64,000 nt of DNA from contig NMRA01000656.1 of the NCBI GenBank assembly GCA_002633005.1, positions 1-64,000 of the forward strand. The letters are read 5' to 3'. The DNA is from Phoronis australis. Its lineage: Eukaryota > Animalia > Phoronida. Positions 51,648-64,000 of the stretch are shown piece by piece; the stretch's first letter is position 1, and each line of letters begins with the position of its first letter. The notes under the pieces were generated by a model that was not told the origin of the DNA, did not search any database, and saw only the letters and a program-made list of their open reading frames with translations. The position numbers were made by a program, and so were the translations under genes.

Positions 51648-52347
51648 TACCTTGCAACTCGGTCGGGTGTCCTACTTGGTCTGCGACGTCGGCAAAGGTC
51701 GTCGCTTTCTCGCAAAGCTACCGATTGGATGATTAACTAGGCACTTATTTGCTCTCCATTTTAACGTTGATCATCGTCAATACACCTCAAAAAATCGCGC
51801 ATCGTCTTTGCGCAAACTACATTGAGATTTAAGTCTCCCGAAATAAGTTGACGATTGGATAGTGTTTTAAAGTTAGTCTAATTCTCAGTTTCTCCAGTTA
51901 GTGCACCAATGAAGTAAACGAAAGTAGTTCTGCTTGTCGCGTCAGCTGTTGGTATCATTATCTCGATTTATGACCCACAACGCGTGACTGGACAAAGCCT
52001 TTTCAAATTAGAGTAGATATAAGCCGGTGGAGCGTGAGACCCCTGAGGTCCCAATCGAGTCCTCACGACAACTCCACCTCCACGTTATGTAGTATCTCAC
52101 CTCCATTTACTTACTAATGTCTGCACCCAAGATCGCCTTCTGTGAGTCTATGGACTAACCACTATCACTTCAAGTTTGAAGAGTCCTTGTCAGCTGGTAT
52201 CCATGTGAGGTCAGCTTGTTGACCCCAAATTTGACCTTCACCGTGACATTATGTGGCGGGAAGGGAACTGCCGTAAACAAAACGTTCTGGCGAAACGGTG
52301 AACTGCACTCGGACTTGAAACGTGTTGTGGTTCGCGAAAGAAGTGAA

Positions 52348-52370
52348 ATGAGTTGTCCGTTTCAAGGAAG
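52348..52370 (+). CDS. TDO2: Tryptophan 2,3-dioxygenase, coding exon 1 (MSCPFQG-)
   Basis: ATG AGT TGT CCG TTT CAA GGA AG|GTAAGT; the MS(G)CP[FY] start is typical of metazoan TDO; phase 2 fits the next exon. Confidence 0.82.
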
Positions 52371-54643
52371 GTAAGTACAATTCATATGAATTAACTAATC
52401 GATTTTTTTCATGAACCCTTGAGTTACGACAGAAGTCCGATTCAACACGTCAGGACTGTGTGTGTTCAATCGTGTCATTGATATTGAGTTGGAACGTGGC
52501 CAAAATCAAAAAATACCAACGGTGGAAGTTACATTGTAACATGGTATGACCCTCAGAACCGTTGAAATAACTCTCACTACGCGTAATCGGGGATAAATGT
52601 TTCAATTGTTATATTCTTGGATGGATTTTCTAAGTTACCGACAAACGTTTAATGTAATTGAATGGTTCAATCTTTAACTTGACATTTGACAAACTGAAAA
52701 TTCTGATAAATTTAATTACGAAATATAAAACTTTACTAGTTATTCAACGTCAGGGATTATCTTATCACATAGGTTATCCCACATTCTATCTTGGAATTCA
52801 TTTCATCTGGGAATGTCACAACTCGATCTTCATTGTCAACCTTCCCAGATGAAATGAATTCTTGACAGGATATGGCAAATAGTATTCCTGTGGGATAACC
52901 CGGTACATGCGACCACAGGCGCCCTCAGCTTCTGATCGTCCCCAACATATAATACTGCTAGACAAACTACCGTTAGTACTGCCTCAAGCGCAAGCCAAGG
53001 TGAAATTTAGTTGTGCCGACATGACGCCTCCGATTTTGTTGAAGTCATAGACGTACACTGTACACTCAGCTATTTATTGCAAAATTGTTGCGGGGGGTCT
53101 TGCAAAGGGGTTTTTTATTACAAGAAAGGGAAGCAGAAATATTAAAAGCAGAAATTGCTGGTGTTACAAGATGATGCCACAGTTAATTTTGTCTGAAAAC
53201 ACTACATTTGGTTGGAGATAATCTGACTGCAAGCGCTTAATGTAGGTTTACAAAGTAAATGCTTTTGCAGCACATTTATGTTTGCACTACGTCACCTTTG
53301 GGAGGAAATGTGAGCGTGTTGGAATTACTTACAGGGTCTTAGATTTTGAGAACCTGTTCAATGTCCTTTGTTCAGTAGAGAAAACTGGTTCTCAAAATGC
53401 AAGACTCCTTTCAGTGACTATCAGTAGAACCTAAGAATTTGAACTGCTGTCATGGATTTGTTTGATGGTGGATTTCATCAACAAATAAATCCTTAATTGA
53501 CAGAGGTTTTTTAGAGAGGCTGATCCTGAGTGAGATTCGAGGATTAGCTAAGACATTTGCAATTCATTGCCGGGATTCACATTTTTTTACGTAAAGCCTA
53601 CCGATTATCGAATTCATTGTAACGCCAGATCGCTATCTATTTGTTGCTTCATCTGGAATCTTTGGTCTCACTATGAATGAAATATGTGAGGAGTCAAATA
53701 AAATAACTTACGAGTTGTTTCCAGTCTCTTAGTCCTGTTTGGTCTTGTACTTAATTGGTTGAATTTGCTTGAGTATTAACATAAAATACTCGCGAAATTG
53801 AGACGCTTGATTTCAAGTTTAGGTGGACCACATCTGGCTAGTATACATGATCGAGGAATGAGATATATGGTAAAAATTTTCAATTTGTGACAGTGAAAAA
53901 TTGTTTTGAATGGTATATAGATCCGAGCTTATGCTAAATTTTAGAACAAGTATTAGCCATCCCAAATTCAAGAATTATGGTAAACCACAAATGATCATTC
54001 GCCTTCAAATGTTATACACTATGGGTATATACACATGAAAATGTTGTTCAAAGGGTTTGCTTGACGATTTTAGAAACTGGCGAGTCTATTTTCAGACTCC
54101 TGATATAAAGTACAAACTAGAGAATTTTCACTGCTTTTTTGAGCTCCTTTCAATTAATCGGCAAACAGGAAACCAACTACGGACATAAATCATCTATGAA
54201 CGTCAAATATTATGCTATTGCCTAAAATATATGGTAAAATTTTTTAAAATTTGGACTCCAAAATTGAAGCTGAAATTGAATTTTCCTGATTCTGAACTTT
54301 GGGACATCAAAGTGGTTTTTGCTCATGTATATATCAAATTGTGAAACGTAGCATTTTTTGTATTCATAAAAGTAACACTAATCAATTACCTAGTCACTAA
54401 ACTGCTGCCAGTGCCTTTGAATTCAGGATGCCCAATATAATTGGTACAGGCTACCACCCTGAGTGAAATGTATTTTTCCACTGTCCTTAACTGGAGATTT
54501 TTACTGTAAACTGATATTGTTATTAGTTTGTAGTTGTTTTATTTCTCTTAGTTCTACCCGTGAGAATGAGTCCCAGAGTTGCTACTATTATTTGACAACC
54601 GTAAGCTAATATCGGTGTAACTCTAGCGGTTTGTTTCTTTTAG

Positions 54644-54689
54644 ATCTGACGCTGACAACAGATCCCAGAGTTACCACAGTTATTTAGCA
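54644..54689 (+). CDS. TDO2: Tryptophan 2,3-dioxygenase, coding exon 2
   Basis: (R)SDADNRSQSYHSYLA carries the Y..YL motif of TDO; TTTTAG acceptor, GTAAGT donor, phase 2 to 0. Confidence 0.85.
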
Positions 54690-54704
54690 GTAAGTACATA
54701 CAAA

Positions 54705-54762
54705 GGTGGGTTTGTAGAGGTGGGTCTGTAGAGGTGGGTCTGTAGGGGTGGGTCTGTAGAGG
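54705..54762. repeat. 15-bp tandem repeat just downstream of TDO2 exon 2
   Basis: AGGTGGGTCTGTAG(A/G) x~3.5. Confidence 0.8.
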
Positions 54763-55942
54763 CGTGTCTTGCAACAGAAGACTCACAGACATCAGCCAGG
54801 TTCAAAATCTAACCATCAAACTTCATGAATTATTTTTGATATTTTCTGTTCTATTTGAGCATGAACTCTGAATAATTGTATTTGAATTTGTGGTTGATTT
54901 TCACAGACAAGTATGTAAGCGAGCTTCACACTAGGTGTCTCTAAAGTTTGAAATCAAAATAATATGGATTGTGAACTGGAGTTTGTCGCTAGAATTTATG
55001 TGTCATTAAGCACAAACTTGTGAACTGAAACGGTAAGGTGTTCACGCCCAAAATTAATTTACACTTATCAAATATCACAGGAAATAACACAAATACCTTT
55101 TCAGTTTGGTTTCATACATTACACTTCATACTTTGATCATCTGTGGGATTTATAATTACTGTACCCATCAGGGAGGTGTTCTGTAAACCTAAGAATATCG
55201 GCAAAAAGGCAAGAGAATATAAAATCATTCAAGTGAAAGCTGGGCGTTTCGCGAGTACTCTGATTCCGTCATGATCACATTTTTGGGTAGTTGATAACTT
55301 GAAGTCCTGATGGGAGACTTATTAACAGACCCTGCGACTGCTTAACAATGGATAAGGTTAACATCCAGCCAATGTCACAAAAATATAGTATACCTAATTT
55401 TCACAGGTTTGTTACATATACTTATGAGTACTATGTTGCTGGAAAATAAATTGCATATAAAAACTTTGTATATGACAGCTTCTCTGTGAAATGGGAAAAG
55501 TTCATTGTTCAGGTTAACTCCATGTAGAAGTTGTTTATTTGTACGAGATACGAGAATGGTATCTCCTGAGGTGTGCATGCGTGAATGAATGAATGGATGT
55601 ACTTATTTGTTTGTTTGTTTTTGTACTGTTTTATAAATGATAATAAATACCTGAAAAAGATTCCAATCCCCCCAATAAATCATCCAGGCAAACGACTTTT
55701 AGAAAGGTTGACTTGTAGGGTGTCGATCATGGGTACACACCCTCGTGAGCCAAGTCTCTTCTAGCGCTTGAAAGTTATAGTATATTGATAACTTTCTCTT
55801 AGCAAGGCGAAAGCCCAGGATGTTTTATTTCACTGAGTACAGCTTTTCCAGAAATACCATAGAATTTATGTGTAAGTATAACGTAACGTGAAAGGTGTTA
55901 AAAATGAGTTCACTTGCGTTAAGGGCTCGTCTTTTTTTGTAG

Positions 55943-56030
55943 CTGAGTGAGTTGCTGTCTCTACAGCGACTGTGTGGACCAGGTGATGAGAGCAGTCATG
56001 ACGAGCACCTCTTTATCATCACACATCAAG
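55943..56030 (+). CDS. TDO2: Tryptophan 2,3-dioxygenase, coding exon 3
   Basis: LSELLSLQRLCGPGDESSHDEHLFIITHQ contains the signature HDEHLFIITHQ. Confidence 0.96.
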
Positions 56031-56654
56031 GTATGGTGTCTCAATTTTATCTGAGGAGTAATGTTCATTTGTCTCCCCTCTTTAATTTTATGCCCCCATT
56101 TCCCCCCTTCATCAAGAGTCATGAGGAATATTTTACTTAACATACTAGATAGTCCATGGCATGCCAGACATTGTGTTATTGCCTGGTTGTGTCCTCATCA
56201 AATTGTAAAATTCCTCTGTTGAATCCCAGGTCAGAAGCCAAGGCCTTTGGAAATCGATCATTCGTGAGGTTGCACTAGGCTGTGGTTTTCAAACTTATTG
56301 GACCATTCATCCTGATGGTTCTCATGTTATGCTGTTTATGTGTGGCACCAAATATGACTCGTTTTATGACTGCGCTTAAGAAATACCAAGCAACGAAAAC
56401 AAACTTTGATGGAAATTGACTATGATACTCCCGTAGTTCTAACTTGGGCTCAGTGCCGTGTTGTATGAAACAGTCCCAAATAGTTCCCTAAATGTATTGA
56501 TTTTATAGAAACAAAGTGCAAGGAAGTTATCAAGATATTGGAGTCACGGAAAAAATTATGTGAGAAATTTAAGATCTTTAGAAACTCGACCATGTTCTTG
56601 GTAAATATAAAAAAATAATTGCAGGCAGTCTAGTACGTGTTGTACTAGACGTAA

Positions 56655-56851
56655 CCAGGCCGCGCATGTGGGCCCATTGCACTGATCACCTGGAACCATT
56701 TTTGTGCTTTATTCATATAAAATATAGTTAAATCGGAGCTGAGGAGCTAGAGATCTGACTTAAGGGTCTAGTAGTATACCCCAGTGGGACTCAAACCCAC
56801 AGCCTCGAGTAAAGAAAACGGGCACCTATCACACTAGGCCACACTGCCTCC
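56655..56851 (-). mobile_element. tRNA-derived SINE (same family as 2372-2607)
   Basis: Reverse complement aligns by eye (GGCAGTGTGGCCT..., GGGTTTGAGTCCCAC, CTAGCTCCTCAGCTC, CCAGGTGATCAGTGCAATGGGCCCACATGCG). Confidence 0.8.
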
Positions 56852-59800
56852 TTTGTCGATGTGTCACGCCATTGTCAAGAGGCCTGTTAGTTTGATACTG
56901 CATGGTGACTCTTTCGATACTCTGCCAACATTTGTGTCTTGAACCAATATGAGTAGTACGGTGCCGGTCATGACATTCATGATTATTTTAGCAGCACCAA
57001 AACGACCACAAATTTTCATTTCATTCATTCTCACTACACTGATGTGACGCCAGTTTCACAACAGCGTGACAACAGAAAACAGCCACGGCAACCAGCATGA
57101 ACTTATAGTGCTAAACAAACTGATATAGCCTGACAGTACTCTCCATCCACTGAAAGGCCTGGGTAGAGGTCAATAGCTTTCCTGGCAAAAATAAAATGTT
57201 TCCAAAACCACGTGCTCTTAATGAAAATACAAAGCGATATCTTGTAAGATCTTGGTTTTCTAGTAAGGTATTAGCATCATTGAACTCTACCCTTTACAGA
57301 TGTCAACAGCTGATTACCTGTTGTTTTCCGTTTCCTTTAGTTAGCTCTGTGCATTTCTTGTCCTCACATACAATAATTTTCAGTGTGAATAGTGTAAACT
57401 ATTACTGGTTGTATGCAGGTGCCTACATACCCCCTATATTAAATAATAATATTAGTCCACCATATTTTGTATTTCCTGGTGGTGCTGTTCATAGAATGCC
57501 TAGTGAGTCGTTGATTTATTTACCCTCATATTCATGTAACTCCTAATTTCAGTGTAGCTATACAAACAATCTAAATTTAATCTATAATGCAGACAATTTG
57601 AATGTGATCGAAATGTCTGTGGTTGATTCTCTTCATTGCCTTTTTCACGACAGGCAGCGGTTTACCTAAGTTTATTTTTCATTTTGCGTTACCGACCGTT
57701 TCCATTTCATTTTTCCTGATATATATTGTGCCTGTGTTTACATTGGCGCAACAACTTGCCTCACTTAAAACTTGCTTCCCTGATTAACTCCAAATAATTC
57801 CTGATGAAAGTACCATCTCGTAACGTCTAGTACAGAGCAATTCGCTGTTCCCCGTGAGGAAGTTTCCGAAAAAAAATCACATAATTCATAATTTCGCAAT
57901 GGAAAAATCTGTGCTTAACAAATGTTGTGAAGAAGGTGTGTTTTTTATGAAATACTACCACCAAAAAACTTTGAGAAAAGCGGTTGTTTTCAGAGAAATT
58001 AGACTTCACTTTCAAGCAAAACTCTGACCCGCTTACTACCATAGCATTGTGTACCAACACAATATGAATAGGCTTGTTTGTCAAGCTTAATCAAACAGGA
58101 TTTTAGGTAAGATTGTGATATTGGAAAACTCTTGGTTTCCGTCAACAGTCCCAACGGAATGGTACGCATCGTCCTAAATCCCTTGCCCTAAATCCCTTTC
58201 CTTTCCCTCTCGCTTCCTCCCCAATCTCTTAATACTTGACCGACTGTGAAGCTGAGATGTACAGGATGCAGTATGTTTTCCTTAATTTTACTGATCTATT
58301 GTGAAGCGCTGACTTGGTGCTTATCTAAATACAATTATTTCCATTTGGTCAACTTTAGGCAGAGGGCATGCAGGTGATATGTTTTAGAGCTATAATAAGT
58401 GCCGGGCTTTGTAGTAATAATTTGTCATCAATGAGCATATTGTAATTTGAGGATTCGTGACTGACGTAAGGACACAATATAGCCTACAAGTGAAATTTTA
58501 TTGTTGTATGAAGGATATGCAGCTTCACTGTTCAATTTAATTCCTTTTCCCACTAAGATGTATTAGAGAGTGAAAGTGGTTCCATGTCTGTGTCTCTTAA
58601 TTCCCGAAACCCAGTCCCTCACCCTGACCAACAAACGTGGTCTTGGAGTGAAGTTTAGGAATCGAAGCTGGAATAGCGATGAATCGTTTCCACCCCCTGA
58701 TATGAGTTTTGTCGTTCACGTGTGATAGAAGAAAAAAGTGAGTTGAATCAATGCAAATTTACGACATTTTAGTGAGATATAGGCTCTTTCTCCTGAATGT
58801 TTTTTCGATTCCTTGCCTGAGCGTTCAAAATAGATTCTGGTCCGGTGTCCAGGGGCCAGTGGATTTGCAGCCGGGCCAGTAACTTTAAAAGTTAACTTGG
58901 CACCCGGGCCAGTAAATTTTCAGCCCAGCGGACCAGCACATTTATTTTTGAAGTTCAATCACTGCTCTTGGAATGGCATGTGTTGCTTTTGTTCACGACA
59001 GTGTTCTCCCATGGAGTCCAACTTGTTGGGTAATTAACTGTATAACACCACAACAAGTTGGGCGGATGACCACTGTAGCCAGTATCTTACAGGACTGCAA
59101 GTCCATTCTGGCATTTATGGTTGGAGGGTCAGCTCTCTTTTGTTCGATAACTGCTCTAATCTCCGATAAGATCATATCTAGCCTGACTGGGCTGTGTTGT
59201 TAAAAATAAAAGTTATGTTATAAAATGTTTCAATATGAACCAATAGCATTTCTGAATTCCTCGTCAATTGCTGCTCATGTTTAGTTTTTGAATCACCAGA
59301 ATCGCCCATTACTACGACTCAAATTAAGACAATCGTATTCTGTCCGAACTTATAATGCCCTGGGTTTGACCATATTCAGTCTTATGTGCTCAGTAATAAG
59401 CCTGCCTCCAATTCAGTAATGCTAGGACAAGCAAGACCTCACTAGATTACGTGAGGTATTGCTGTGTATTTTAAATGAGAACACGTGACTTTTTCTAGAT
59501 TTTTCACTATGTCCTAGCGTAGCTGGTCCTAGCATAGGTCCTAGTGAACATATGCCAGGTAGCTGTTATGTTTCTATTCTGGTTTCGGACCAAAGATGAA
59601 GATCGATACGATTGTGTCTAAGGCATAATAAATATTGAGAGTACATGAAACATCAACCGGAACAGGAAGTAGGTAACAGAGCATGCTTACTATACTAAGA
59701 CACTGGTAGCGACATCTTTAGTTACTACTGACCATAACGTAACAGATACTTGTCCTGCATGTTGTCATACCAGACAAAAAGGCTATACTTGGCAAACAAA

Positions 59801-62800
59801 ACAGCCTGATGTAATATCACATGCTCACAACCATGTCTGGTAAAGTCACTGAACCAGAGAACGCCCCAATGGTCTGTTTCTATACCTCTTTCATCATTTT
59901 CAGGACACCTATTACACTAGGTCATCTGTCTTTTGTGTTCCTCAAGAGCTATTCTTGCTTGATTAAAGGCAGTTATGACAATGCAATTCTCAAGATATTC
60001 ATGCTATCATGATTTGACCTGTGGCCAGACGGTTATTACGGTGCTTGGCGGAATTCTGGGAATTCCGCGAAGTATGTTAGTCTGACATCAAGTTTTTTTT
60101 GTTTGTTCGCTCTGTATAGGTCACAATTTTCGTTCGATTCGCACGAAACTTGCACACGACATGTAGACCTGAAAGTCCTGGAAGCCTCTTGTTTTTGGTC
60201 ATGATCGGATTCAAAATTGCGGACGTTGTGACCATTTTGTTTCCAGTTTCAGATTCAAATGCTCATAGAGGCCGCATTTTTTGACGTACAAGGCTGAAAG
60301 TTGGTACGATTATTATAGAACACATACACTACAACTTCCGGTCAAAGATGGCGGAAATATTTACAATGGCGCATGCGCACCTCGATAACTGGCCGAAAAC
60401 GTTTTCTCCTGTAGAGGGTGCATTGACAAACCAATCATTTTCAAACTGGTCATGCGTTTGTTGCTTTTGATCAGCTTTTATAAAATTTTGTTAAACCGGA
60501 AGTCACTTTCAAGATGGCAGCTCTGGCGCATTTTCACCCATTTTCGATCGTTCTGCAGTCGCATTTTGAACGGGAAGAGCAAATGGCTTGAATTTTTGCT
60601 TGTGGATTCCTTGAAGTATGCTCCTTCAAAAGTTGCGTGATAACGTTTTTGTCAGACTTACCGCTTTCGAGGTATTTGACTTTGAATTTCAAAAAAACAC
60701 AAAATTTCAATTTTTTCGAAAAATTCATGGAATGTTGCAAAGCTGCCAGGTTACATAGAGTTTTGATCGGTCTTTCAGAAGATATTTTTAATTTGTCGCC
60801 AGGATGTCTACTTTTTGAATTATTCAAAAGTTTCTGAAAACACTGTTCCTTTGTTGACCGATTTTGCTGTTCGCCAAGTGTCGCTCAAGACTGTAGCCTA
60901 TTTACTTATTTCTCACATCTTCTCTAGTCACATGAGTGTTATAGTGTTGCTCATAATCGCCACCTTCATCATCACAATCGTTAATTTCGTCTAGTGTCGC
61001 TCAAGATTGTAGGTAGCACTGAACAGTCAGGTCGCATCCACGGGGCATTTTCTAGTGCCTACAATTCATATACTGGGCGTATGTCAGGTTTGGCTCGTTG
61101 TTCGAGGAATTTGTTGAAAACAGATGCCAGGAAACTGATTTACTTGTGTTTTTGAATGAGAAAAGCCAAGTTTTTACTTACTTTTGATGCAAACCGGTGG
61201 CTGTCATTGTGTGTCATTGCTATCAACCTCTGTCGTCTGCCGTCCGAGAAACCGGGTGCGTGAACAAGACTGCAGCCTATTTCTTTCTGCTTTCTTCGCT
61301 ACTCACATGAATGTTATCGTGTTGTTCATTATCGCCGCTTTCATCATCATGATCGTTGTCGTCGTCGTCCTCCCCATCGTCATCTTTTCAATTAATTTCG
61401 CCAAGTGTTGCGCCTCTGAGTGCTCTCATATTTAATTGTGGTTACAGCAGTCATGTCAAATTAGTGTATTTTCGTAACACTGTTCCTCCATTCTTTGTAT
61501 TGAAAATGTGACATTCAGAATTATCTCATTCGATTCTCATGAAATTTCCAGTTAATACGGCATGATTCATGCAGTGTTCCCCAAAATGCTGTTAGGATTT
61601 TTCTTAAAATGTTCCACTTTGGTATGTCAGGGGCTATCAAAAAATAGAGTTTTCATAACTTTCATGAAAAACTCAAAAGTTGGAATAAACAATATTCTAG
61701 AAAACTGTAACTGCCTAGGTGGTTTTTCAGGTTTGAGCTTTTATATCAAACGAAATTTGGTCGTGTTACTGATAGATGCTGTTGTTTTGCTATGTACCTT
61801 TCTTTTTTGAAAATGTTTATTGAAAAGACACGATCCCATGACCCAATTAATGGCAGATTGGTTTCAAAAATGAAACTCTAAGCATGTTCTGCTTTCAGAA
61901 AATCTATACTTTTACAGAGTTAAAATCTATTAGCTTTGTAGATATCTTGTGTTCTGCAGAGCTATAGCTTTGAAGAACTATTGCTTCGCTCTCCCTAAAG
62001 ATGTTTTCCTGAAATTTTGTCTGGATAAATCTCGTCAAGGGCTATCGGATGGACGCCCTTCTTTTTTGGGCGTGAAATACCATTAGTGAGTTATTTTTGA
62101 CTGAGATGAATGCTTTCTAATCAAGTGAGTTTTTGTCCCGTTTCCTTGGCATCCCTTTGTGGATCCATCTGGCATGTGGATGGATCTCATGAAGAGACCG
62201 GTTTCTGAATTCATATGAAACCTGCATCTGGCACTGAATTATACGAGATTTTCTGATCTAGTGACTACTCTTCTATTGACCGTTACATACATTTTGAAGG
62301 GTTTTCCTTTGCTGATTGTGTAATCGCCATCAGGGGTTGTTAATGTACTTGATGTCGTCTATATCAGAATACTACCGTTTAGTCTTTCCATGAGTTCTAT
62401 CATTATTACTACCTATATTATAGCCTGATTTGATGAGATTTCGCCATGCCCTGTGAGAATAAACGCTCCTAATTCAATACATCACATTGTGTAAGGACAT
62501 GGCCCACCTGTTTGTTGCATGAGCTTTCAAGGCACCTTCAGCCATTACTGCATGCTGGCTATGTCACTGGAAGTCTGTGACTACCTATGCGTTTCTCGTA
62601 CACTGACTGGGTTCAAGTCAGCAATATCAGATGCACTTTTCGCTCTAAAACCTGTGCCTGATACATTCCATGCCTTGTACGATACCGTATCTCCAAACTG
62701 GACAAACATAGCCTAGTTGCTGAATTTTTGTTTGTTCATTTTTCAAAAGCTCCCTGCATTGCATAATTATTCTGTTTCATTGTGCATTACAACTCCGTAG

Positions 62801-63205
62801 TACGTGCTGTGTGCAATACGAGGCCAAAAATGTTTAGCTGGTTCGGGTCTCTATACTTACTAATTTTGAGACCTGTGCTCACCAATTGAAATATAAAAAA
62901 CACCCACCTGCGTAAATTTCAGGCAGAGTATTTTGTTTTTTTAAGCTGCACAAGGAAATGTAAGCATGATTTAAACACAAGAATTGGCAAGCAATGAGGG
63001 AGAAATTTCACCCTGCATCATTTTTGCCTGTCTTGGGTGGATTTTCGTTTTTGAAAAAATGAATCACTAAAATAATATCAAACCACCAATACAATTTTCA
63101 GAGCCATTTTTTTTTCACCAGAAAATGTCTCTTCTAAATAAACATTGGCTCTGTTGGTATTTTTGACTGGCTAGACTATTAATCATTTTCCACTTTATTT
63201 TTCAG

Positions 63206-63273
63206 CTTATGAGCTTTGGTTTAAACAGATCTTGGTTGAACTGGATACTGTAAGAAACATTATGTTGGCTGAG
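63206..63273 (+). CDS. TDO2: Tryptophan 2,3-dioxygenase, coding exon 4
   Basis: AYELWFKQILVELDTVRNIMLAE continues the signature AYELWFKQIL.ELD.VR. Confidence 0.96.
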
Positions 63274-63927
63274 GTGAGTAAAAAATCATGAGTATTGTTT
63301 ACATAGTATGCCCGTTGCCTATGGACATTGACCAGTGTCGAATGTTTTGATTTGATTTTGCATTGCCCACAAATTAATCGAGTCATGAAACAAGAACAGT
63401 AAACACGGCTTGTTTCTATGGTTGCACTGTGGTTGGAATGAAGCTCATAGGATAGTGTCAATATTTTTTACTTAAACTGCTTCATTCTTATTTTTACTTA
63501 CTTTGAAGTTGACCATTTTTACCCGCCAATGTAGTGCTGTATACCTTTGAAGCATGTTAGTTGGACCTCATGGAGGTACTTGCAGAGGTGGCAAAGGATG
63601 TTCTCAGATGGGTAGAGTTTTATGCCTCAGTTCTTTACGAAAGGGTGCCTTTTCCAAATTCCCTGAAAAATTTGGTTCCAGAATTCTCCGTTATGGTCTG
63701 CTGAAAGTTACTACTCGGTCAAAATGGCATTTTATGATAATGCATCAGTGTGGGTCATTCTTGCAATGTGTCGCTTTTAAGTGGGCAATTATTACTTTCA
63801 GGGGTGCCGAATTTTCAGAACCAGTTTTGTGCTAGTTATTCATTAGAGAAACTGGTTATCAAAATGTGGAAACTCTGTAAATGGCTATTATTGTTTAGTG
63901 TTATTTTTTCAAAACATTTCTTTGCAG

Positions 63928-63993
63928 TCTGTGGATGAGAGTAAAATGTTGAGGATTGTCCATCTGCTGAACAGAGTTGTGGCTATAATGAAA
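63928..63993 (+). CDS. TDO2: Tryptophan 2,3-dioxygenase, coding exon 5 (gene continues off the right edge)
   Basis: SVDESKMLRIVHLLNRVVAIMK resembles TDO DE..ML..V.R..R...ILK; TTGCAG acceptor, GTAAGT donor. Confidence 0.92.
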
Positions 63994-64000
63994 GTAAGTT

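Noticed and set aside
51242-51740. Overlapping ORFs of 157 aa and 74 aa
   Set aside because: They are open mainly because of the palindromic MITE; no recognisable protein motifs or splice support.

Overview
Intron-rich, AT-rich animal genomic DNA, not prokaryotic. It looks like a heterozygous invertebrate draft assembly, with one 402-N gap and three single-n contig joins. Four spliced genes can be reconstructed by hand. (1) The 5' end of POLA1 (- strand, exons 1-3, runs off the left edge). (2) A complete SAP30BP (+, only two coding exons, 303 aa), head-to-head with POLA1. (3) A - strand ASRGL1-like isoaspartyl peptidase/L-asparaginase locus. (4) The 5' part of TDO2 (+, five exons, runs off the right edge). 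The main finding concerns the asparaginase locus. What looks like two tandem genes reads best as ONE 12-exon gene: the last exon of copy A has an in-frame CCC|GTAAGT donor that joins a start-codon-less first exon of copy B. This gives a ~651-aa protein with two Ntn-hydrolase domains, two catalytic threonines and a Pro-rich linker. Several exons appear twice, most likely because both haplotypes were assembled in tandem, and this exposes polymorphic insertions, including a TTAA-targeted THAP-bearing Kolobok-like element. Introns are packed with a CR1/L2-type LINE fragment, tRNA-derived SINEs, hAT, Tc1/mariner and Kolobok elements, Helentron-associated (HINE-like) repeats with CTCF-like motifs, foldback repeats and micro/minisatellites. 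All homology calls are from recalled motifs, not database searches.
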